Positions 1 through 7,858 of a stretch of DNA of 64,000 bases are shown here, in pieces. The notes under the pieces were generated by a model, which saw only the letters and a list, made by a program, of their open reading frames with translations, made no database searches and had not been told where the DNA came from. The translations under genes were made by a program, and so were the position numbers. Origin of the DNA: an uncultured Myxococcales bacterium (GTDB taxonomy: Bacteria > Myxococcota_A > Polyangia > Polyangiales > Houyiibacteriaceae); contig CBFCWN010000007.1 in the NCBI GenBank assembly GCA_965601515.1, forward strand, positions 4,992-68,991. Reading direction: 5' to 3'. The stretch's first letter is position 1; each line of letters begins with the position of its first letter.

Positions 1-2016
1 CATCACTTCGACCTCGTCGCCGAGGTCCATGATGTCGGTGACCTTCTCGACGAAGCCCCAGTCCATGTCGGTGATGTGTAGGAGGCCGTCCTTGCCAGGC
101 GCGATCTCCAGGAACGCTCCGTAGTTCTCGACGCGGCGAACGATGCCCTTGTACTTCTGGCCGATTTCCGGTTCGAGCGTGAGGCTCTCGATGATCTCGA
201 TGGCCTTTTTGAGCGCTTCGCCGTCGGGCGATGCGATGCTGACGGTGCCGTCGTCGGAAATGTCGATCTTGGCGCCTGTCTGGTCGGTGATCGCCTTGAT
301 CATCTTGCCACCCGGGCCGATGACCACGCGGATCTGGTCGGGCTTGACCTTCAGCGTCTCGATGCGCGGCGCGTACTTGCTCAGCTCCGGGCGAGCGGTC
401 GACATGACCTCGTTCATCTTGCCGAGGATGTGCAGTCGGCCGTCGCGCGCCTGGTCCAGCGCTTCCTGCATGATCTCTTGCTTGAGACCCGCAATCTTGA
501 TGTCCATCTGGATGGCGGTGATGCCCTTGTCGGTGCCACACACCTTGAAGTCCATGTCACCGAGGTGGTCCTCGTCGCCGAGGATGTCGGTGAGGACAGC
601 GTACTTCTCGCCCTCCATGATGAGGCCCATCGCGACGCCGGCGACCGGAGCCTTGATAGGAACACCGGCGTCCATCATCGCGAGGCTTCCGCCGCAGACG
701 GTAGCCATCGATGACGATCCGTTCGACTCGGTGATCTCCGAGACGATGCGCATCGTGTACGGGAACTCCTCGTGGTCCGGGAGCACCTTGGTGAGCGCGC
801 GCTCGGCGAGGTTGCCGTGACCGACCTCGCGGCGACCAGGACCACGGAGGAACTTGGTCTCGCCAACGGAGTAGGGCGGGAAATTGTAGTGAAGAATGAA
901 CGGCTTGTAGTACTCCTCGGTGAGGCCGTCGATCTTCTGTTCGTCCTGACGCGTGCCGAGGGTGGTCGTGACGATGCCCTGCGTCTCACCGCGTGTGAAC
1001 AGCGACGAACCATGCACTCGCGGAAGGAGGCTCACCTCGATGGCGATGGGGCGCACTGTGGCGTAATCGCGACCGTCGACGCGGCGCTTCTCGTCGAGGA
1101 CCTGTCCGCGCATCGTGTTGTACCGAAGGTCTTCGTAGGCGGCCTTGATGTCGCCCTCCTGCTCGGGGAATTCCTCGGCGAGCTCGGCAACGACTTCCTT
1201 CTTGATCTCGGAGAAGCGGTCGTAGCGCGGGTGCTTGTCGGCGATGTTGCAGGCCTCGATGACCTTCTGGAGGCCGACCTCTTTGACGCGCGCGTCGATC
1301 TTTTCGTCGCGACCGGCGGGCTCGAACGGCCACTTTGCCTTGCCTACGGCCTCGCGAATCTTCTCGATGAGCTCGAGCACGCCCTGAACGGCCTGGTGAC
1401 CGAACTGGATTGCCTCGATCATGTCGGTCTCGCTCATCTCTTCGGCTTCGCCCTCCACCATCACGATGGCGTCTTTCGATGCGGCGATGAGGAGCTCGCA
1501 GTCGCTTTGCTCCATCTCCTGGAAGGTGGGGTTCGCGACGAACTTGCCGTCGACTCGGGCGACCCGAACGCCGGCGATCGGGCCGGCCCAGGGGATGGGG
1601 CTGATGTGGATGGCCGCGGACGCGCCAATCATGGCGAGCACGTCGGACGGGTTGATCGCGTCGGCGCTCATGACGGTCGCGATGACCTGCGTCTCCGCCA
1701 TGTACCCCTCGGGGAACAGCGGGCGGCAGGGGCGGTCGATGAGGCGCGAGGTCAGAACCTCGGCGTCGCGAAGCTTGCCCTCACGCTTGAAGAAGCCACC
1801 GGGGATCTTGCCGGCCGCGTAGGTCTTTTCGACATAGTCGACGGTCAGTGGGAAGAACGGCTGCCCAGGCCTGGCCTCCTTGTTTCCACAGACCGTGACG
1901 AGGACCATCGTCTCGCCACAGCTTACAAGTACGGAGCCGGCTGCCTGCTTGGCAATCCGGCCCGTCTCGATGGTGATCTCTTTGTCACCCACCTTAACGG
2001 ATTCTCGAATTATCAT
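1..2016 (-). CDS. pnp: Polynucleotide phosphorylase (PNPase); 3' end runs off the window
   Basis: My own reverse-strand translation starts at ATG 2016 (MIIRESVKVGDKEITIETGRIAKQAAGSVLV...). It stays open for 672 codons to position 1 (...LLHITDMDWGFVEKVTDIMDLGDEVEVM, S1 domain). It lies directly downstream of rpsO, as in the conserved rpsO-pnp unit. It is absent from the ORF track because no stop lies inside the window. Confidence 0.95.
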   Translation of the reverse strand, partial: MIIRESVKVGDKEITIETGRIAKQAAGSVLVSCGETMVLVTVCGNKEARPGQPFFPLTVDYVEKTYAAGKIPGGFFKREGKLRDAEVLTSRLIDRPCRPLFPEGYMAETQVIATVMSADAINPSDVLAMIGASAAIHISPIPWAGPIAGVRVARVDGKFVANPTFQEMEQSDCELLIAASKDAIVMVEGEAEEMSETDMIEAIQFGHQAVQGVLELIEKIREAVGKAKWPFEPAGRDEKIDARVKEVGLQKVIEACNIADKHPRYDRFSEIKKEVVAELAEEFPEQEGDIKAAYEDLRYNTMRGQVLDEKRRVDGRDYATVRPIAIEVSLLPRVHGSSLFTRGETQGIVTTTLGTRQDEQKIDGLTEEYYKPFILHYNFPPYSVGETKFLRGPGRREVGHGNLAERALTKVLPDHEEFPYTMRIVSEITESNGSSSMATVCGGSLAMMDAGVPIKAPVAGVAMGLIMEGEKYAVLTDILGDEDHLGDMDFKVCGTDKGITAIQMDIKIAGLKQEIMQEALDQARDGRLHILGKMNEVMSTARPELSKYAPRIETLKVKPDQIRVVIGPGGKMIKAITDQTGAKIDISDDGTVSIASPDGEALKKAIEIIESLTLEPEIGQKYKGIVRRVENYGAFLEIAPGKDGLLHITDMDWGFVEKVTDIMDLGDEVEVM

Positions 2017-2168
2017 TGCTCTCAGTGCTTTCCGCGCGGCAATACCGCGCATGCGGTTTGCATCACGTCGAGAGCGGTCTCGGTCCCCGATTCCAGGATT
2101 TGAGCCCCAACTCAAATCATCGAAGCGAAGAGCGAACGCCGACTCGACGTAAGTGGTGGAAGTTATAA

Positions 2169-2184
2169 CCGGGGTCTGCCCCGG
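2169..2184 (-). terminator. GC hairpin just after the rpsO stop; candidate rpsO terminator or attenuator ahead of the pnp leader
   Basis: On the minus strand the sequence reads CCGGGG-caga-CCCCGG and starts 8 nt after the rpsO stop. It is followed by TTATAACTT. The stem is 6 bp of pure GC with a 4-nt loop. The U-tail is weak. Confidence 0.45.
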
Positions 2185-2192
2185 CGCCCAGC

Positions 2193-2462
2193 TTACTTAC
2201 GAATGCCGAGCTCGGAAATGATCTTGCGGTAGCGCTCGACGTCCTTGGACCGGACGTAGTCGAGCAGCCGGCGGCGCTGGCTCACGAGCTTGAGGAGGCC
2301 ACGGCGCGAATGGTGGTCCTTTTTGTGGGTCTGAAAGTGCTCGGTCAGGTAGGTGATCCGCTCGCTCAGAATGGCGATCTGGACTTCGGGCGAACCCGTG
2401 TCCGTGTCGTGGGTGCGGAATTGACCGATCAGCTCGGACTTTCTATCGGCGGTCAGTGCCAT
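2193..2462 (-). CDS. rpsO: 30S ribosomal protein S15
   Basis: The 89-aa ORF reads [70 protein letters not shown]..., a canonical S15 sequence. Confidence 0.97.
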   Translation of the reverse strand: MALTADRKSELIGQFRTHDTDTGSPEVQIAILSERITYLTEHFQTHKKDHHSRRGLLKLVSQRRRLLDYVRSKDVERYRKIISELGIRK

Positions 2463-2645
2463 GCGTTACTCGCGCTAAATCTCTTGGGAAATGTATAGTT
2501 TTTCTGCCTGAAGGGGCCGGAATATGGGCTGCGGGTTTCGGGGCGTCAAGCCGGGAGATTCACCGCTTCGGATGCGCAGCCGCTTCCGGTCTCCGCACAC
2601 GGGTTCCGGCCTGGATCCGCTGCGATTCGTGCTTAATTTGTCGTT

Positions 2646-3080
2646 ATGAGCGAGTCCACCATCGTCGTTTGCCCAAGCTGTCAGTCGCCGAACCGTATCC
2701 CGACGAAGCGTCTAAAGGACGACCCTAAATGCGGGAAATGCAAGCAGTCTCTGTTCTCGGGGAGTCCGGTCGCCCTGAACGATCGCACCTTCGACGCCCA
2801 TCTTCAGCGGAATGACCTGCCGCTCGTCGTCGACTTCTGGGCGCCGTGGTGCGGCCCCTGCAGGATGATGGCGCCGTTCTTCGAGCAGGCCGCCGCCGAG
2901 CTCGAGCCCCGGGTGCGTTTCGCGAAGGTCGACACGGACGCCAACCCCATGCTGGCGCGACGCTACGGAATCAGCAGCATCCCCACCACCGCCGTCTTTC
3001 GTTCCGGCGAGGAGGTCGCGCGTCAGCCCGGGGCGATGAACCTGCCCCAGCTCAAGCAGTGGCTTTCGAGTCACGTCTAA
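2646..3080 (+). CDS. trxC: Thioredoxin 2-type thioredoxin with an N-terminal zinc-finger extension
   Basis: The N-terminus has CPSC...CGKC. The active site WCGPC sits in VVDFWAPWCGPCRMMAP. The length is 144 aa. Confidence 0.9.
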   Translation: MSESTIVVCPSCQSPNRIPTKRLKDDPKCGKCKQSLFSGSPVALNDRTFDAHLQRNDLPLVVDFWAPWCGPCRMMAPFFEQAAAELEPRVRFAKVDTDANPMLARRYGISSIPTTAVFRSGEEVARQPGAMNLPQLKQWLSSHV

Positions 3081-3138
3081 CGTTCGACGGGCCGCTCGGC
3101 CTGTTGTGGTTCTCTCGTCTACGGGCCATCTACAGCGC

Positions 3139-3483
3139 ATGCGTACCTGGTGGCCGCTCACAGCGAGCCTAGCCCTCGCGCTGGCCCTTGGCTGTGCGGA
3201 CGGTGCCGATGAGGGCGTCGCTCTCCAAACCGGGGGTGCGGCCGGCGACAGCGAGACCTGTCGCGTGATCTGCAATGGATGTGCGGACGGCGACGAGGCC
3301 GCCGCCTGCGATGCTGACTGTCAGGGGAGAATCGACGAGCTCAGCTTGGGTCTCGATCTCGATTCCTGCCCGGACGAGCTGGCGACCGTGGGAGAGTGCC
3401 TCGAGGCGACCGGCTGCATCGGACAGAGCTGCGACCCGGCGTTCCTCGCGTGGATCACATGCGCGGGCGGCCTTCCGTTCTGA
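3139..3483 (+). CDS. Small Cys-rich lipoprotein, function unknown
   Basis: It has a signal peptide and lipobox (MRTWWPLTASLALALALGC). The mature part is acidic and rich in Cys. GC3 is high. I chose the start at the ATG that gives a normal signal peptide; the track ORF starts at 3106. Confidence 0.6.
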   Translation: MRTWWPLTASLALALALGCADGADEGVALQTGGAAGDSETCRVICNGCADGDEAAACDADCQGRIDELSLGLDLDSCPDELATVGECLEATGCIGQSCDPAFLAWITCAGGLPF

Positions 3484-3496
3484 AGAGCGCGCGGGT

Positions 3497-4357
3497 TCAA
3501 AGGCCCGCGGCTTTCGCGACCCGGTCGATCGCGTGACGTGGATCCGCCTCTCGCATCAAGCCGTACATCGCGACCGCTCGGGTGACTCCGAGCGCCTCGT
3601 ACTCGGGTAGGGCGTCTGGGGATCTCTGGGCGCGCCAGTTGATGGTGATATCGAGCGAATCGAAGTCGCGTCCCGACGCGTCGCAGAGCTTGCGAAGCGC
3701 CGCCAGTTGACGTTTCAGGTCCTCGAGCGAATCGCTCGGCGCGTACCACCCGTCCGCCGCATGCACCACTCGCTCGAGCGACTTCTGCGTCGTGCCGCCG
3801 ATCAGGATGGGCGGATGGGGCCTCTGCTCGGGAATCGGGAAACTCTTGAAGCCGTGCCACGAAAGGAAATCGCTCTCGTGTTCGACGACGTCGCCGCTCC
3901 ACACCTTCTTCATCGCGGCGACGTAGTCGTCGAAACGGGCGCCACGGCGCTCGAAGGGGGTGCCCATCGCTGCGTACTCCTCGCGCAGCCAGCCGATCCC
4001 AAGGCCCAGTGTGAGTCGCCCGCCGCTGAGAACGTCGATCGATGCTGCCTGCTTTGCGAAGAGAAGCGGGTTGGTCTGGGGCAGGATGTTCACGCCGGTT
4101 CCAAGGCGCAGTGTCTTTGTCGCCGCGGCGACGTGCGCGAGCGAAATCAGAGGATCGACGAACCAACCCTCGGGCGCGATGCCCATCTTCCCCGTCCTGT
4201 TGTAGGGGTACTTCGAGTCGTAATCGAGCGGCACGACGACGTGCTCAAACGTCCATACGGACTCGATCCCCGCGGCCTCCGCGTGTTGGCACACCCCGAC
4301 CATCTGCTCCGCGGTCTGTGGGCCACCTACGTTTATCGAGACGATGCCGACCTTCAT
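3497..4357 (-). CDS. Luciferase-like monooxygenase (LLM) class flavin/F420-dependent oxidoreductase
   Basis: The sequence reads MKVGIVSINVGG...AEAAGIESVWTFEHVVVPLDYDSKYPYNRTGKM...GRLTLGLGIGWLREEY, typical of LLM-family TIM-barrel oxidoreductases. I moved the start to ATG 4357; the track ORF extends to 4504 through an unlikely Gln/Arg-rich leader. Confidence 0.85.
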   Translation of the reverse strand: MKVGIVSINVGGPQTAEQMVGVCQHAEAAGIESVWTFEHVVVPLDYDSKYPYNRTGKMGIAPEGWFVDPLISLAHVAAATKTLRLGTGVNILPQTNPLLFAKQAASIDVLSGGRLTLGLGIGWLREEYAAMGTPFERRGARFDDYVAAMKKVWSGDVVEHESDFLSWHGFKSFPIPEQRPHPPILIGGTTQKSLERVVHAADGWYAPSDSLEDLKRQLAALRKLCDASGRDFDSLDITINWRAQRSPDALPEYEALGVTRAVAMYGLMREADPRHAIDRVAKAAGL

Positions 4358-4367
4358 GGAGCCGACA

Positions 4368-5111
4368 CTACCGCAACTCGACCCACGTTGCTGCTGCTGC
4401 CGCGCAGACGTTTCCGTCGGCATCGTAGACAGCGGTTCCGCAGTAGCTCTTTCGGCCTTCGCGTCCGAGGGACCAGCCTTGGACGACATAGCGCTCGCCG
4501 GCAAAGACCGGTCGGTCGAGGCGGTAGCTCATGCGACCAAGAACGAAGGGTCTGTCGATCCCGTAGCGGTCGATCACCGCCCAGGCTCCGGGACAGTCGA
4601 GAGCGGCGACCACCAGCTCGGGGCAAATCGTCCCATCTCGGCCCACGAACTCCGCCTCGGGTACCCAGGAGCTCGCCACGATGCCCGTGTCGATCGGGCC
4701 CGTGAACAGGCACATGCCGTCACCGCAGCACCGGCCCGTCCCGCACACGAAGCATCCGGGGAAGGGGTGCTTCGCGTATCCGGCGAAGCTCGCTCGGGCT
4801 TCGGCAGCGCGGGTGAAGTCGACCGCGTCCGGTGTGTCGACATCGAGCTCGGTTCGCCGGGCGCACGCGATTTCGACGCCGGCGTCTTCGAGCGTGGCTT
4901 CGTGGCCGCTGGATACCACGTGGATGTCCCGGTCCATCGGGATCGGGCGCTTGAGCGTGACCTCGACCTCGGGGCCGATGTGCTTGCCCACGAGGGCCAC
5001 GGTCCAACCCCCGTTTCCGGACGTCGGGGGTCCGTTGAAGCGGTTCGGCACGCACACGGCGTGGCTCTGGGTTTCGGGTTCGAAGACGGTTGCGGCGTTG
5101 CTCTGGGACAT
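4368..5111 (-). CDS. Hotdog-fold (PaaI-like) thioesterase-family protein
   Basis: It carries HPFPGCFVCGTG, a motif typical of PaaI/hotdog thioesterases. ATG 5111 is preceded by a perfect AGGAGG 5 nt upstream. The track start at 5132 lacks such a site. Confidence 0.7.
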   Translation of the reverse strand: MSQSNAATVFEPETQSHAVCVPNRFNGPPTSGNGGWTVALVGKHIGPEVEVTLKRPIPMDRDIHVVSSGHEATLEDAGVEIACARRTELDVDTPDAVDFTRAAEARASFAGYAKHPFPGCFVCGTGRCCGDGMCLFTGPIDTGIVASSWVPEAEFVGRDGTICPELVVAALDCPGAWAVIDRYGIDRPFVLGRMSYRLDRPVFAGERYVVQGWSLGREGRKSYCGTAVYDADGNVCAAAAATWVELR

Positions 5112-5180
5112 GTTGGCCTCCTGGACGCTCAACCTACGGAGGAGGGGGGCGAAGGTCCTTGGGGTGCCCTTACCGAATCC

Positions 5181-6752
5181 TTAGCTCTGCGAAGTGACGG
5201 AAAACAGGTCGATTTCTCGGCCTTCGAGCTCCATGGACTCGCCGGTCTTTTCGAAGTCTAGGCCGCTTCCGATGGCGAGGTCCACGAGTACGCGCGAGGC
5301 CCACACGGAGCCTGCCGGCGCCCGTGCCGCAATGGACTCCGCGACGTCGAGCGCCGGGCCGGTGATGGTCTGACCGCGCCGTACGACCGCGCCTGTGTGG
5401 ACGCCGAAGGACGCGCCGGAAGCGTTCGCGAGCTCGAGCCCACACCGAATCGCGCGAAGCGGCCCGTCGAAGTGAGCGCTCGTCGTGTCGGAAAGGGACT
5501 GCCCGCGGAAGCGTTGCACCTGCTTCACCCATTCTTCGGGCGGCGTCGGCGTCGGCGTGCAGAGCACCGTGGTGAGAAAGCGGTCTTCCTCCGCGACGGG
5601 CGGCTCTTGCTGGAGGACCCACTGGATCGCGTCGATGATGTGTGGGCGGCTCCGGAAGTAGAACACGTGATCGCTACCGGGTACCTCGACGTAGCGAGCA
5701 TTTGGAATTCGCTCGGCAAGATATTGTCCGTTGCCAGGATGGATCATCTTGTCGTCGGCCGCCTGCAGCACGACGGTAGGGACCCGAATCGTTGGCAAGA
5801 GGGGGCGCAGATCGATCTGAGTGTTCATTTCGAGAAGGTCGAGTGCGCCGCCGGGGCTCGTGCCCTCCTGTTCGGCGAAGGCCGCCCAGTCGAGGAAGTC
5901 TTGGCTCTTCCGCAGGTCGGCCGGCGCGATCGGGCGAAGCGACGCGCCCTTGCCCCAACCGCTCCGGATGTAACTCTTGAGCCGCTCCATCTCCTCGGGG
6001 GCGTATCCACCATGAAAGTCGTGGTCGGTCGTCATGCGAGCGAACGCGCCACAGAGGACCAGCCCCCTGACGCGTTCGGGATAGGTCGCCGCGTACAGAA
6101 TAGCCAGCGCGCCTCCTTCCGAGACCCCGACCAGCACCGCTTTTTCGGAGGCGCATGCGTCGAGCACCACGCGAAGGTCGTCCATGCGCTGCCCGTGTGC
6201 CGGCAGGTCCTTCACCCGGTCAGAAAGCCCCGTTCCCCGCTTGTCGAAGGTGATTACCCGTCCGACCTCGGACAGCTCCTCGACCGCCCGCTGCGTATCC
6301 GGGTGCTGAAACATCGCGCGCATTGGGAGGATCCAGCCGTTGACCATCACGATGTCGTTCTCACCGTCGCCCTGCGTCATGAAGGCGATGTGAACGTCGC
6401 CGCTCTGCGCGTATCGGGGGCGAAGGCGCGCACGCTCTCGCTCTCCCTTGCCCGTGCGCACCTCTCCGACGAACCGATAGCCCTGCCGCGGAAACGTCTG
6501 GATGAGCGCTGAACCCCGCTCGCCGAGCGCGGTCCGCGCGAGGCTCACCGCCCGCTGAAGCGAACCCTCGGTCACGATGGTGTCGGGCCACAGCCCTTCG
6601 AGAAGCTCTCGCTTCGGCACGACCCGATCGCGATGTTCGACGAGGTAGAGCAACAAGTCGAATACCTGGGGCTGAAGCGACTGCGGAGTCCCGCCAACAC
6701 GCAATTCGCGCTGCGCAGGATCGAGCTCGAACTCTTCGAAAGCGAACGTCAT
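5181..6752 (-). CDS. Three-domain regulator: OmpR/PhoB-type winged-helix DNA-binding domain, alpha/beta hydrolase, and degenerate class III cyclase-homology domain
   Basis: The N-terminus (FEEFELDPAQRELRVGGTPQSLQPQVFDLLLYLVEHRDRVVPKRELLEGLWPD...QGYRFVG) is a trans_reg_C-type wHTH. The middle has a GVSEGG nucleophile elbow. The C-terminus (RFLTTVLCTPTPTPP...FGVHTGAVV...GPALDVAESIAARAPAGSVWASRVL) is cyclase-like, but the metal-binding FTDIVGST-type Asp positions are replaced. Confidence 0.85.
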   Translation of the reverse strand: MTFAFEEFELDPAQRELRVGGTPQSLQPQVFDLLLYLVEHRDRVVPKRELLEGLWPDTIVTEGSLQRAVSLARTALGERGSALIQTFPRQGYRFVGEVRTGKGERERARLRPRYAQSGDVHIAFMTQGDGENDIVMVNGWILPMRAMFQHPDTQRAVEELSEVGRVITFDKRGTGLSDRVKDLPAHGQRMDDLRVVLDACASEKAVLVGVSEGGALAILYAATYPERVRGLVLCGAFARMTTDHDFHGGYAPEEMERLKSYIRSGWGKGASLRPIAPADLRKSQDFLDWAAFAEQEGTSPGGALDLLEMNTQIDLRPLLPTIRVPTVVLQAADDKMIHPGNGQYLAERIPNARYVEVPGSDHVFYFRSRPHIIDAIQWVLQQEPPVAEEDRFLTTVLCTPTPTPPEEWVKQVQRFRGQSLSDTTSAHFDGPLRAIRCGLELANASGASFGVHTGAVVRRGQTITGPALDVAESIAARAPAGSVWASRVLVDLAIGSGLDFEKTGESMELEGREIDLFSVTSQS

Positions 6753-6766
6753 GGGGGCGCCTCGAG

Positions 6767-6813
6767 GGACCTTCCCTAAGCTAAGCGTTTGCTAAGGTCC
6801 TGCAAAGGACCTT
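6767..6813. promoter_or_regulatory. Three copies of a 7-mer (GGACCTT / AAGGTCC) upstream of the winged-helix regulator gene; candidate operator
   Basis: GGACCTT occurs at 6767-6773 and 6807-6813. Its complement AAGGTCC occurs at 6794-6800. The last two form a 7-bp inverted repeat with a 6-nt spacer. CTAAG is also present three times (6776, 6781, 6792). All sites lie within 62 nt of the regulator ATG at 6752. Confidence 0.4.
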
Positions 6814-6877
6814 CTACGCTGTCCTTCCTACGATGAATCCACAAGCGGCAACAAAGGCGCCGCAAAGGAGGTTCGTC

Positions 6878-7036
6878 ATGGATACAACGTTCGGTTTCAT
6901 TCGTCGCTTCGCTGATGAAGCAATCCAACTCGCTCAGCTCGTCAGCTTCAACCTCGAGGTTGAAGTCGAGCTCTCGGAGCAAGACATCGTCCGAGACCTC
7001 GAGGTCCGGGGCTACGGCGTGCGAGCGGGATCTTGA
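6878..7036 (+). CDS. Possible 52-aa acidic small protein (hypothetical)
   Basis: The ATG is preceded by AAAGGAGG with a 7-nt spacer. The peptide is MDTTFGFIRRFADEAIQLAQLVSFNLEVEVELSEQDIVRDLEVRGYGVRAGS. By my count GC3 is only about 65 percent, below that of neighbouring genes. Its 3' end overlaps the convergent META gene by 25 nt. Coding status is uncertain. Confidence 0.35.
   Translation: MDTTFGFIRRFADEAIQLAQLVSFNLEVEVELSEQDIVRDLEVRGYGVRAGS
6947..6966. repeat. Perfect 20-nt palindrome CTTCAACCTCGAGGTTGAAG
   Basis: I read it directly from the sequence. It lies 46 nt downstream of the META-lipoprotein stop (minus strand) and inside the putative small ORF. It could form an 8-bp stem with a 4-nt loop on either strand. 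No U-run follows. Confidence 0.6.
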
Positions 7037-7806
7037 GTCGCGTCGTCGGGCTGGTCGCGAGCCTCGAATCTCGCGACCAGCCCCGCGTCAGAATAGAGCA
7101 GCAGCTTCGACCCGTGCACTTCGTATCGGCGCACGGAGTCGAGCGCTCGGAAAAAGGCCTGTTCTTGATCCATGCCCTCGGGGCAGGCCATACGGGTCGC
7201 CCCCATCGTGCTGAACTGGAGGGTTCGGTCCGTGGTCTCGTACGAACCGAAGAAGCGATTGCAGCCGCCAAAGCCGTACGCGCTCGCCTTCTCCGGGTTC
7301 AGCTCGAGGTACGGGGCCTTGTCTTTGACGGTCACCGTGATCGTCTTGCCGTCGAGCTCTAAGAGCTCCCAGCGCGTGTTCTCCAAGTTCGCCTTCGTCA
7401 TGCTTCCGCACGTCTCCCTCGGCCAAGTCCGTATGAAGCGGTCGACGATCAGGTTGGTTTCTTTGCCCCGTCCGTCCATCTTCGGGCGCGACTCGAGCCG
7501 CCCCTGCACCGTGACGAGCAGCGGGGCGCCGGGCGCGATCTTCGCCTGACGGTACGCGCGCTCGAGCGCGATGTTGTCGCCCTCCATGGCGACCGGCCAC
7601 CGCTCGCGCGTCGCGCAGTCGAGGAAGCTGCTTGCGTCCGCCATGTACGAGTACATTCCCTGGAGGCTCATCGACCCCGATGGCGGTGGCGGATCCTGTA
7701 GCTCCTTCGGCGTCGTGGGTTCCTTGTTCTTCTTGCAGGCGCCTGCCAGGAGCAGAAGCGCGAACGCTCCCACACACCACGCCCTTGCGAAGGTCATCCC
7801 CGTCAT
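7012..7806 (-). CDS. Lipoprotein with an NlpE-N-like half and a META (HslJ-like) domain
   Basis: The lipobox is in FALLLLAGAC. The N-terminal half (GMYSYMADASSFLDCATRERWPVAMEGDN...LLVTVQGRLESRP) resembles the NlpE N-terminal domain. The C-terminal half (LENTRWELLELDGK...APYLELNPEKASAYGFGGCNRFFGSYE...LQFSTMGATRMAC) is a META domain. Confidence 0.8.
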   Translation of the reverse strand: MTGMTFARAWCVGAFALLLLAGACKKNKEPTTPKELQDPPPPSGSMSLQGMYSYMADASSFLDCATRERWPVAMEGDNIALERAYRQAKIAPGAPLLVTVQGRLESRPKMDGRGKETNLIVDRFIRTWPRETCGSMTKANLENTRWELLELDGKTITVTVKDKAPYLELNPEKASAYGFGGCNRFFGSYETTDRTLQFSTMGATRMACPEGMDQEQAFFRALDSVRRYEVHGSKLLLYSDAGLVARFEARDQPDDATQDPARTP

Positions 7807-7858
7807 GGTCGGGGATGTACCATCCGCGGGGCCGCGCGCTAAGCGGTTTTTTCGCGGC

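Noticed and set aside
772-2103. 443-aa ORF on the plus strand (and several smaller ones) across the first 2 kb
   Set aside because: It is antisense to a perfectly conserved PNPase reading frame. Its translation is Arg/Gly/Ala/Leu-rich low-information sequence, typical of stop-poor alternative frames in high-GC DNA.
5659-5672. Second near-match to the KstR-type motif (TAGAACACGTGATC)
   Set aside because: It breaks the GTT half (GTG) and the terminal position, and it lies inside the coding region of the winged-helix/hydrolase gene. It is most likely chance.
6776-6982. 68-aa minus-strand ORF mirroring the small plus-strand ORF
   Set aside because: It shares the DFNLEVE stretch only because of the 20-nt palindrome. 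It has no Shine-Dalgarno and would run into the regulator promoter. I kept only the plus-strand candidate, at low confidence.
7807-7858. T6 run preceded by short GC stems (CCGC...GCGG TTTTTT) between the LytTR and META genes
   Set aside because: The T-run is on the plus strand, whereas both flanking genes are on the minus strand. In the transcribed sense it is an A-run, and the stems are only 4-6 bp. It is not a convincing terminator.
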